Positions 1 to 9,461 of a stretch of 20,664 bases of DNA are shown one piece after another. The DNA is from Octopus sinensis (lineage: Eukaryota). A program made the position numbers and the translations under genes. Position 1 is the first letter of the stretch. Each line of letters opens with the position of its first letter. The stretch spans positions 1 to 20,664 of the forward strand of contig NW_021824143.1 of the NCBI RefSeq assembly GCF_006345805.1. The letters run 5' to 3'. The notes under the pieces were generated by a model. The model did no database searches. It had not been told where the DNA came from and saw only the letters and a program-made list of their open reading frames with translations.

Positions 1-67
1 AGAGAGAATGATATATAAAATATAGTTATGTGGTGTACAAGTGTATGTGTGATGATATATATATATA

Positions 68-220
68 TTCCCAACTCTGGCTTTCCTTCACCAATTTTCC
101 GACGAAGAGCTGCGCTCGAAACGTTAAACCCTCCTTCTTTCGTCTTTCCTGAGCGTCCAATAATACTAATTTCTTCCACGTCCTCGCGTTGTCTTTTTGT
201 TTTCTTGTTTCGATTAACTT

Positions 221-232
<12 letters not shown>
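68..232 (+). mobile_element. ~165-bp (TA)n-flanked element with minimal hammerhead motif (probable solo/truncated pseudo-LTR of a second PLE family), copy 1
   Basis: Clearly homologous to 9968-10134; both bounded by (TA)n; contains CCGACGA-A-GAGC-tgc-GCTC-GAAACGTTAAA (99-128). Confidence 0.65.
95..129 (+). ncRNA. Minimal type I hammerhead ribozyme-like motif (U4C variant), weak stem I
   Basis: Core CCGACGA (99-105), stem II GAGC/GCTC with 3-nt loop, GAAA, palindromic ACGT stem III, GUU triplet; stem I only TTT/AAA in this copy. Confidence 0.5.
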
Positions 233-262
<30 letters not shown>

Positions 263-307
263 GTTATATATAACGCAATATATGCATAATATACACGTAT
301 AAATATA

Positions 308-356
<49 letters not shown>

Positions 357-397
357 ATATATATATATATATATATAATATATATATATATATATAA
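222..397. repeat. (TA)n microsatellite / AT-rich tract flanking the PLE 3' end
   Basis: Directly visible interrupted TA runs. Confidence 0.95.
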
Positions 398-533
398 GAA
401 AATAGTAAAGTGTGAAAAAACGACAGAAGGCTTAAATGTTAAAAAATATATATATTTGTGTCAAAATGTCTGGAGAATATTGGAAAAATTTTTTTTTTTC
501 CCTTTTTAAAATGACATAATTTTTAAATTTTTA

Positions 534-573
534 AAGAAATTACCGGTTTCGCGTGTAGCTTTTCAAATTTCTT
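534..573 (-). ncRNA. Minimal type I hammerhead ribozyme (U3-A8 variant) in the PLE 3' pseudo-LTR
   Basis: Exact reverse complement of 4881-4920: AAGAAAT-TTGAAAA-GC-TACAC-GC-GAAA-CCGG-TA-ATTTCTT. Confidence 0.75.
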
Positions 574-706
574 GTGACGTTATGTTTATATTGCATGGAA
601 TTATCGTTGTTTTTATTCCAGGAGATTTCTAAATAAGGGGAGGTAGTGAGTGATTTTTCCGGTGTAGGGGAGATAATCGCTTAAAAATTTTTTTCCCTTT
701 TCCTTG

Positions 707-3700
707 TTAATTTCTCTGTGTCAGTATGTTCGGATGGTTGAGTCTGGGTTTGTACTTTTCAATGTTTCCTTGTTCAGTCTCATTTGTGTTGATGATCCGA
801 AAGCACATTGGTAAAATGGGAAGATTAAAAATTGTGGCAGTAGTTGCTTTGCGCATTTCTCAATGTGCTCACTAAAAGGTATCATTCTATATTCTGGGAA
901 TGCAATCTGTTGTCGATGCAGTGTGCATCTGCGCCTGAGTGATAGTCCGTGGAACCCACGTAGTCTTGGTGGCAGCCCGAGCATTTAATAACATAAATTA
1001 TGTTTTCAGAGGCACAAGTAAAGTTAGATTTGATCTTAAATTTCTGTCCTCTTTAAAGAAGAATTCTGATCCTTCCAATAGGTTAGGACATGTTACACAG
1101 TTCGATCTACCACATTTTTTTACTTTTGCATCCGTAATTTTAGAAGACAATTTTGCCTTTGTGAGAATCTTTTAAGTGATTTAGGCTGTTTGTAGCTTTT
1201 AATGATTTGGTGTATGTTTAGAATTTCCTTTAATTTTGGGTTTTTATGAAGTATTGGTAAATTCTGGGTGATGATGGTGAAGGCTTCTTTGTTTCTGGGG
1301 TTGTATGTAGATATGTAAGGTAGTATTTTCGGGGAAGGTGTGTGGTGTTGTGTTGAACTTTTCTTAAAGTTTCTATGTTGATTTCTGTTGCACGTCTGAT
1401 CCCATCCTCTATGAGTGAGCTGGGTAATGTCTGTCAATTAGGGTGTTTTTGAGTTCTTGCAGTCTAAAGTTCCTGGTATTTTGTTCTGACACTATTGTGC
1501 ATATCCTTCTTGCAAGGTTGAAGGGGATGTTTGTTTTAGTGTGTCTTGGGTGGCATGAATTAAAAAGAAGGTATTGTTTGGCGTCTGTGGCTTTGTAAAA
1601 ATGTCTGTTTCTATTTTAAGGTTAATTTTTTTAATTAGTATATCCAAGAACGGGAGCTCCTTTTGGTTGTATTCATTGTGAACTGTATATTTGGGTTTAT
1701 GCTGTTCAATAGGTTTTTAAATTTTAGGAGTTTATCTATGTTTTCATTCCAGAGAATGAAACAATCGTCTAGGAATCGTTTCCAATTCTCTTTTATGTAT
1801 TGAGAGAGGGAGTTTCCAAAGATTGATAGAGATTCCTGGTAAATGATTATTTCCATGTATCCCATTGTTAAGTTCGCAATGACTGGTGCTGCCCTTGTAC
1901 CCATAGCAATTCCGGATTTTTGACGGTAAAATGTATTGTCAAACATGAAGTGGTTATTGTGTAGGATGAATTCAATTGATTTAGTAATGATTCCTTACTG
2001 ATCCTTTTTGGTATTTCTTCCGGAAATTGGTCTAACCAGAATTGTATTGCCTCCAGTCCATAATTATGAGGTATACTGGTATACAAGTTGACTACATCAA
2101 ATAAAACAGGATTGTTTCTTCCTTGGTTTTTTTTGGAAGGTGGTTTAACATATCTAGGTCATCTCTGATATGACTATCGATATGTTTAAGGAAGGGTTTC
2201 AAGAGGATGTCCATGAGTAGACTTAGTCTGTGTGTTTCACAGGTTGGGCCAGCTACAATGGGTCGTAGTTTTAGGTCCCCTGAGTTAGGTGTGTGTATGT
2301 ATGTCTTGGTGATTTTTTAATGGTTTCATTTATAATTTGACTTTTATGAATTTTTGGCAGACCATAGAAAAGGCTAGGTTTGCATTTAAAGTTGTTAGGA
2401 AATCAATCTCTTTGGTTGTCAGTTCCTTTTCATGGGTTTTAATTAGTGAAGATAGAGTTTTCATTATTTTTTGTGGGTGTATAGTTGGTAATTTTTTCAT
2501 AATGTAGGTCTTCATCAAGCAAGGAAATTACAAGATTTCTGTAGTATGATGTATCCATTATTACAACTGCATTTCCCTTGTCCGCTTCCTTAATGGTTAT
2601 ATCTTCATCATTTTGGAGTTCTATCAGTTCTTTCCATTGTGTAGTGTTAAAATTTGGGTTAGCTTTCTGTTTATGTATAGTATGGTAGGGGAAGTTCTCA
2701 ATGTGGTTACAGAATTCGTCAAGATCTTTATTTCTTCCTCTGTGTGGGATGTGTTCACTTTTGTTCTTGACTAGTGATTCATCTTCAGTATTGAAACTGT
2801 TTGATGCTTCTGCTAGTCTTAATTTTCTGCAAAATTCTGTTATATTATCCTTGAGTTCATTTAGGTTTGCTCTGCGTGGAGTTGGTGTAAATTTGAGCCC
2901 TTTTGCGAGGATGTCAATTTTTATGTTAGAAAGAGGTTGGTTGAAAGATTGATTATCTTCGGTTTTTCCTTATTACTAGGTTCCAGCCTGTGTCCTGGTG
3001 TCCCTGGTCCCTGGCTAAAAAATGTTGGGTGTAATTTTGTTTGTATGAGTTGTCTGTGAGGTTGTGTGGTATTTGGTCGGGGGAGTGGTGGTATTGTTGC
3101 CTCCGATCGTTGTGTGTGTGTGGGAATCTATGGTTGTTAATGCTTGTGTGTTGTTAAAATTTCTGTATGGGGAATATTTTTGTTTCGAACTTCTTGTATG
3201 TGAGATGTTGCTTGACATAGTGTTTCTTTGCGTTTGTCTTGTGTTTAGTGGGGACCAGTAGTTTTGGTTCATGGGGTAGTAGTGATTTGTGTGTGGTGTA
3301 TTTCTTATCCTAGTGTCGTATTGTGCTGTATGGTGGTTGGGTCTGGTATTAGGATGTTGTTGGTTTCTTCTGTTTTTGGTGTAATTTCTTTCATAGACGC
3401 GTCCTCTTTCAGCTAGTTCCCTGTTAGGTCTAGCGTGGTTTGTAAAGGTTGGTTGTGGGTGATTTCTGTTTTTAGTGTATGGAGGATAGTTGGGGGTTGT
3501 TCGTGGGTTGTTAGGTTTTTCTTTTTATTTATTGTAATTTTCTTAAGGAAGGGATTATTTGTACCCAATTCATTTTTGAAGGTTTCACTATATTTTTGGA
3601 AGAAGTCCATGTTTTTCTCCCAGCGTAGGAGAGAATTTCTCTCTTCTCTCTCACAGGAATCCTTCCAGTGATCCAATGTATTATCGAGGGGTTGTCCCTC

Positions 3701-4305
3701 GGTATATTTTAGTATTAGATTGTGCATCTCCTCGTCTATGCTTTTAAGTTTTTCTTCATTTGTGGAGGCCCTGAGTCTTAGAAGCTCTATTTCTGATTTA
3801 AAACTGAACAGAGCTGACTTTTCTCTAATAGATCTCTGTCCGTCAGGCTCGTTAGGAATTAATTTTATCTGGAATTTGCGTGGGAGGATAATTGGTGTTG
3901 AGTTATCCATCCCTCGTAGATATCTGCTTTGTTGGAATTTTTTATCATGTTCCAGAAGGTGAGTTTTCTGTTGTGCAGGTTTGTATTCCAAACGTTTCCT
4001 ATTTTTCTTTTTGTTGGGTTGGTTTGGGTGCGTATGGTGTCCTGCTGTGTTTCATTAGTTGCCTGTGTATTATTTTCGGATTTGTTGATGAAAATTGAGT
4101 TCAGTGTTGTATATAACAGTTGTAGATCCTTACTCACCTGGTCAGTGTAACGGGTTGCATCTTCATTGCTTTTACTTTCCCGGGCGAGTAAGTTTGATTC
4201 CTCGATTTTGTTGTTCAGGTTAAGAAGCTGTGAATTAATATTTTTCAGTTCTTTGAGTATGTCCTCATTTAAGGTTTTGTCCGAGGTGTTTCACTTCTGT
4301 GGCAT
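707..4305 (-). pseudogene. PLE polyprotein (N-terminal domain, RT, Cys linker, GIY-YIG endonuclease), multiple frameshifts
   Basis: Manual translation: ATG at 4305 (MPQK*NTSDK..., TGA at 4291-4293); ILAKGLKFTPTP (~2900); ITIKEADKGNAVVIMD (~2560-2600); LFYGLPKIHK (~2345-2375); LRPIVAGP (~2245-2270); FDVVNLYTSIP (~2070-2102); QKSGIAMGTRAAPVIANL; RFLDDC (1761-1778); CGRSNCVTC (1088-1114); NIIYVIKCSGCHQDYVGST...LRRRCTLH (GIY-YIG, ~910-1005); stop-equivalent at 707-709. Confidence 0.93.
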
Positions 4306-4324
4306 TTTCGTTCTCACATGTTTA

Positions 4325-4500
4325 ATATATAGATAAGAAAGTTTGTTTGGTAAAGCACGTGGGTGAATATATAAGAAAATAGTAAAGTGTGAAAAAACGA
4401 CAGAAGGTTTAAATGTTAAAAATATATATATTGTGTCAAAATGTCTGGAGAATATTGGAAAATTTTTTTTTCCCTTTCCTTAAAATGACATAATTTTAAA
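4325..4500 (-). repeat. PLE 5' direct pseudo-LTR
   Basis: 4369-4500 matches 391-~526 in the same orientation; the whole segment is the reverse complement of ~4929-5105. Confidence 0.9.
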
Positions 4501-5096
4501 TATCACTCAGGCGCAGATGCACACTGCATCGACAACAGATTGCATTCCCAGAATATAGAATGATACCTTTTAGTGAGCACATTGAGAAATGCGCAAAGCA
4601 ACTACTGCCACAATTTTTAATCTTCCCATTTTACCAATGTGCTTTCGGATCATCAACACAAATGAGACTGAACAAGGAAACATTCTTCATTGAAAAGTAC
4701 AAACCCAGACTCAACCATCCGAACATACTGACACAGAGAAATTAACAAGGAAAAGGGAAAAAAAATTTTAAGCGATTATCTCCCCTACACCGGAAAAAAT
4801 CTCTCACTACCTCCCCTTATTTAGAAATCTCCTGGAAATAAAAACAACGATAATTCCATGCAATATAAACATAACGTCACAAGAAATTTGAAAAGCTACA
4901 CGCGAAACCGGTAATTTCTTTAAAAAATTTTAAATTATGTCATTTTAAGGAAAGGGAAAAAAAATTTTTCCAATATTCTCCAGACATTTTGACACAAATA
5001 TATATATTTTTTAACATTTAAGCCTTCTGTCGTTTTTTCACACTTTACTATTTTCTTATATATTCACCCACGTGCTTTACCAAACAAACTTTCTTA

Positions 5097-5105
<9 letters not shown>
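4501..5105 (+). mobile_element. Inverted 5'-truncated PLE copy (end of GIY-YIG + 3' UTR/pseudo-LTR)
   Basis: Starts as the reverse complement of position 944 and runs through the 3' end; encodes ...RLNKETFFIEKYKPRLNHPNILTQRN* (ORF 4560-4745), which is intact here while the main copy has a 7-nt deletion near 760. Confidence 0.93.
4881..4920 (+). ncRNA. Minimal type I hammerhead ribozyme (U3-A8 variant) in the inverted pseudo-LTR
   Basis: 7-bp stem I AAGAAAT (4881-4887)/ATTTCTT (4914-4920); core UUGAAAA (4888-4894); stem II GC/GC with 5-nt loop; GAAA (4904-4907); palindromic ACCGGT stem III; GUA triplet, predicted cleavage after 4913. Confidence 0.75.
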
Positions 5106-5135
<30 letters not shown>

Positions 5136-5336
5136 CATAATACAATATAATATATAGTTTATATATTATATGTATGCATTGTGTGTGTGTGGTGTGTGTG
5201 GCATGAGAGAGAGAAAGAGTGAGAGAGAGAGAATGATATAAAATATAGTTATATGTGTGTACAAGGGTGTGTGTATGCTATATATATATATATATATTAT
5301 ATATATATATATATATAGCATAATACAATATAATAT

Positions 5337-5373
<37 letters not shown>

Positions 5374-5394
5374 CATAATACAGTATAATATATA
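5099..5394. repeat. Composite (TA)/(TG)/(GA) simple-sequence backbone repeat
   Basis: Unit tagcataatacagtataatatatagtttatatattatatgtatgcatgtgtg...gagagaatgatataaaatatagttatgtgtgtacaagggtgtgtgtatg; partial or full copies also at 1-60, 6667-6790, 6925-7010, 9880-9960, 10820-10945, 12128-12210. Confidence 0.85.
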
Positions 5395-6666
5395 CGAGGG
5401 GCGTTCAATAAGTAATGCCCCTGACCCACTTCCCATAACAGTAGAGCAACGAAACTTGGCACAGTTATTAGTCTTTTTCTACATAGGAAACAACCAGAGC
5501 TACGCATTTCTCCCATTGTTTGATGCAGCTCTGGAGACCGTTTTTGTAGAAGACCCCAGCTTGGTCCTCCAACCTGAACGTGACTTCAGAAATCAAGGCT
5601 GCATCATCTGGGAAACGCTTTCCTTTCAAAAACAACTTCATGACTGGGAAGAGGTGAAAATCAGAGGGTGCAAGGTCAGGAAAGTAGGGGGATGGGGGAT
5701 GAGTTCATCGCCATACGACTGTGCTTCTGATCTGGCGACAAGCGAGTTGTGGACCGGAGCGTTGTCCTGCAGGAGGAGGATGCCTTTGCTGATCTTGCCC
5801 CGCCTCTTGATTTTGATAACTTCTCTTATTTCCTCAAAAGTAAAGCATAATAGGCTCCTGCAATTGTGGTACCCTTTGCCAGGAAATCTGTCATCACTAT
5901 TCCGTCCTGGTCCCAGAAGACTGTGAGCATGACCTTGCCAGCGGAGGGCAGCACCCTTGCCTTCTTTGGAGGAGGTGAGTCACGAAGCTTCCACTGCATT
6001 GACTGGGCTTTGGTCTCTGGATCATCGTGATGGACCCAGGTTTCATCCTGTGTAATCAGTCTTTTGAAAAATTTTGACTCATCTTCTTGGCACATCTCCA
6101 AATTCACCCTCGAGCACTCGACGCGTTCTTGCTTCTGGAAAGGCGTGAGCAACCTGGGAATCCATCTGGCAGACACCTTTTGCATATGCAAATGGTCATG
6201 AATGATAGTTTCCACAGACCCGGTACTAATCTTGACCTCATGGGCTATTTGGCGAATAATTATGCGTCGATCCTCCAGAATGGTAGCCTCAACTTGACGG
6301 ACAGATGCCTCATCAATGGCAGAAGGGGCGACAAGATCTGGGAGCTGTTTCCACAGAGTTCCGACCAAGTTTGAATTCACGATGCCAGCGTTTTACAAGG
6401 TCATACGATGGGGCATCATCAACATAAGTTACTTTCATTTCATCAAAAGTCTCCCGTGGTGTGCGTCCTTTCAAATACAAAAACCAGATCACTGCTCGAC
6501 ACTCAACAGGCTCCATTTCACACTTGACTCGGTTCAAACACCTGTAAATCAGAAACCACAATTAATTCAGAGCTGTAATTTGCCACTTACTCTATAGAGG
6601 TATAAATAATTGCACTTGCAAACAACTGCAAGTGGGTCAGAGGCATTACTTATTGAACGTCTCTCG
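5395..6666 (-). mobile_element. Mariner (Tc1/mariner, DD34D) DNA transposon, full-length 1272 bp, degenerate
   Basis: 37-bp TIRs CGAGGGGCGTTCAATAAGTAATGCCCCTGACCCACTT (5395-5431) and 6630-6666 (3 mismatches); TA duplication at 5393-5394 and 6667-6668; empty-site sequence seen in other backbone copies. Confidence 0.96.
5468..6516 (-). pseudogene. Mariner transposase, three frameshifts
   Basis: MEPVECRAVIWFLYLKG HTH start at 6516; WIPRLL; TQDETW; LLQDNAPVH; HPPYFPDLAPSDFHLF with 34 residues between the 2nd and 3rd Asp after repairing one frameshift; ends WEKCVALVVSYVEKD* at 5468-5470; frameshifts near 6323, 5830 and 5690. Confidence 0.95.
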
Positions 6667-6780
6667 TAGTTTATATATTATATGTATGCATGTGTGTGTG
6701 TGTGTGCATGAGAGAGAGAGAAAGAGTGAGACAGAGAATGATATAAAATATAGTTATGTGTGTGTACAAGGGTGTGTGTA

Positions 6781-6818
<38 letters not shown>

Positions 6819-7369
6819 ACGCACATATATGCATATATATATACACGTATATACACATATATATATAACGCACATATATGCATATATATATACACGTATA
6901 AATATATATATATATATATATATATAGCATAGTACAGTATAATATATAGTTTATATATTATATGTATGCATGTGTGTGTGTGTGTCCATGAGAGAAAGAG
7001 AGAGGGAGAGAGAGGGTGGGGAGAGGACTGACGCGAAGAAGACGTGGGAAAGAAGTGGTTAACGGTAAAATAGACAGGAAAGCAGTTGAAATGTTTTGTT
7101 TGATTGTTTGAGAAAAGTTAGATCCTGGCTGACAAGTTTATAACTAAATACATTACTTACATTGTTTTGGATAAAAGAAAGGGAAGTACACCTTCGGAGT
7201 AGATATAAAATACATGGACCGCTGATCAACCCAGGTAAGGACACAGTTTTTTTTTCTCTTACACTATTCTTGTGATACGTTGCAATCTTGATGTGGAAAT
7301 AGAAATTGATGTCTTCTATCACAATTGACATATTGATATCTACATTTTATTATTATTATTATTAATATC

Positions 7370-7510
7370 AAGGTGGCCGAATCGTTAGCACCCGGGTTGA
7401 AATTCTTAGTGGTTTGTCGCTACGTTCTGAGTTCAAATACTGCCAATAATATTGACTTTGCTTCTCATCCTTTCCACCGAATTGGCTGCTCTTGCGGCAA
7501 AATTCGAAAC

Positions 7511-7512
<2 letters not shown>
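7370..7512 (+). mobile_element. Diverged tRNA-derived SINE (family C, same head as 16527), internally deleted
   Basis: aaggtggccgaatcgttagcac...tacgttctgagttcaaat...gactttgc...catcctt matches the head at 16527; the paralog at 12566-12767 retains the middle missing here. Confidence 0.75.
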
Positions 7513-7548
<36 letters not shown>

Positions 7549-7576
7549 TATTATTGTTGTTGTTATTATAATTATT

Positions 7577-8133
7577 GAATGAGAGAGCAGTGAATGCCAT
7601 CAAAGTGAGACTGGGGTTAACTATACGAAGCCCAGTATACCCTCCATGACTACCCTTCTGATAAGGGTACACTAGGCACATGCATCACAACCATATGTGC
7701 GCGACATGGTGATCTCATATCAAGATAAACAGCACATGACCTTGCGGGTGGGATCCAGTTAGAATTTTCTTCTGGTCGAGTAACCCATCCCGCTCAAAAG
7801 GTCCCTGAATAAGGGTTGTTTAAGGATGTTGAACGAAACACCTATATTTCCAAAGGTGAATTATTCAAACCCCAAAGAATCCCTCTCAACACACAGCTAT
7901 GATGCTCCCTCACTACTTCTGCTCGTCATCAGAGATGCACATATCGCCAGCCACTAAGGGACATGCTCAACTGGTTACGGTCAAACAACTGACAAGCAAA
8001 TCTGTGGTATTGAGCAGAATATTTGCTGTAGCCCATCTTTTATACCAACACAAAACAATATACATGATAACACTTCCAATCGTTTAAGATCAGAAGCCAC
8101 GAGAGCTATGCCTTGGACTGCATCAGGGCATTT
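7577..8133. mobile_element. ~560-bp non-coding interspersed element embedded in (ATT)n, copy 1
   Basis: Same sharp ends (gaatgagagagcag...catcagggcattt) in three copies, each bounded by (ATT)n on both sides. Confidence 0.75.
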
Positions 8134-8137
8134 ATTA

Positions 8138-8207
<70 letters not shown>

Positions 8208-8228
8208 GTTGTTGTTATTATAATTATT

Positions 8229-8789
8229 GAATGAGAGAGCAGTGAATGCCATCAAAGTGAGACTGGGGTTAACTATACGAAGCCCAGTCCAGTATACCCT
8301 CCATGACTACCCTTCTGATAAGGGTACACTAGGCACATGCATCACAACCATATGTGCGCGACATGGTGATCTCATATCAAGATAAACAGCACATGACCTT
8401 GCGGGTGGGATCCAGTTAGAATTTTCTTCTGGTCGAGTAACCCATCCCGCTCAAAAGGTCCCTGAATAAGGGTTGTTTAAGGATGTTGAACGAAACACCT
8501 ATATTTCCAAAGGTGAATTATTCAAACCCCAAAGAATCCCTCTCAACACACAGCTATGATGCTCCCTCACTACTTCTGCTCGTCATCAGAGATGCACATA
8601 TCGCCAGCCACTAAGGGACATGCTCAACTGGTTACGGTCAAACAACTGACAAGCAAATCTGTGTATTGAGCAGAATATTTGCTGTAGCCCATCTTTTATA
8701 CCAACACAAAACAATATACATGATAACACTTCCAATCGTTTAAGATCAGAAGCCACGAGAGCTATGCCTTGGACTGCATCAGGGCATTT
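8229..8789. mobile_element. ~560-bp (ATT)n-embedded element, copy 2 (recent tandem duplicate of copy 1)
   Basis: Near-identical to 7577-8133 except a 5-bp duplication (ccagt) and a 1-bp deletion. Confidence 0.78.
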
Positions 8790-8793
8790 ATTA

Positions 8794-8848
<55 letters not shown>

Positions 8849-9168
8849 CATTCAGTAATTTTATTTTTATAACGTGCTTTCACTTCACTACCGAGTGCAG
8901 CTCTGTGTGCCTTGGGTATGTGCTGTGATTTGTTGTGATGCTCTGATGGTTATTGTATGGAAAGTGTTCTGCGTAGGATGTGTGCAGTGCCTAGTAGTGC
9001 AATTTTCTGTATGTTATATGTGTTTGTAAGTCCTGGTGTTTTTGTTATGTATTTGTCTGAATATTTTTTTATCATGCCTAATGCAACTACTATGATAGGA
9101 ATTGTTTCTGTTTTCAGATTCCACATTCTAGTTACCTCTATTTCCAGTTCTTTGAATTTTGAAAGTTT
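8849..9168 (-). mobile_element. 3' fragment of an R4/Dong-like non-LTR retrotransposon (REL-endonuclease C-terminus + 3' UTR)
   Basis: Minus strand 9168-8950 translates KLSKFKELEIEVTRMWNLKTETIPIIVVALGMIKK...IQKIALLGTAHILRRTLSIQ*, typical of R4-clade C-termini; the 3' UTR is followed by (TAA)n. Confidence 0.8.
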
Positions 9169-9203
9169 TATTATTGTTGTTGTTGTTGTTGTTGTTGTTG
9201 CTC

Positions 9204-9277
<74 letters not shown>
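9169..9277. repeat. (GTT)n microsatellite
   Basis: Directly visible; shorter paralog at ~13818-13876. Confidence 0.95.
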
Positions 9278-9355
9278 AAGGCGGTGAGATGGCAGAATCA
9301 TTAGCATGCTGGACGAAATGCTTAGAGTTATTTCGCCCTTTGTTACGTTCTGAGG
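9278..9355 (+). mobile_element. SINE family C head fragment
   Basis: aaggcggtgagatggcagaatcattagcatgctggacgaaatgcttagagttatttcg...tacgttctgag; paralog at 13876-13953. Confidence 0.7.
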
Positions 9356-9461
9356 TCCTCCTGTAAGAGATTCTTCTTTTATATTTGAGGAAGTTTGTCA
9401 TTTCAGGGGCTCTATTTTCGTTCCCTATATATAACTATCTAGTACGAAATAACTATATATA

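Larger units (their letters stand above)
391..5105 (-). mobile_element. Penelope-like retroelement (RT + C-terminal GIY-YIG; Neptune-like), near full-length, degenerate, with direct and inverted pseudo-LTRs
   Basis: Minus-strand PLE motifs in collinear order across frameshifts (see ORF feature); terminal segment repeated directly (4325-4500 vs 391-~526) and inverted (4501-5105); both ends abut (TA)n. Confidence 0.95.

Noticed and set aside
4291-4293. In-frame TGA as selenocysteine (Naiad-type selenoprotein PLE)
   Set aside because: The TGA is at codon 5, not at a conserved Cys; all Cys in the linker and GIY-YIG motifs are TGT/TGC; the DKG motif that Naiads lack is present.
5456-6597. Plus-strand ORFs (156, 95, 93 aa) over the mariner
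   Set aside because: Antisense shadows of the transposase.
7760-8133. Ribozyme in the 560-bp element (CTGATG and CAGAAGA on the minus strand)
   Set aside because: No stem II followed by GAAA and no closing stem I, so the hammerhead consensus is not met.
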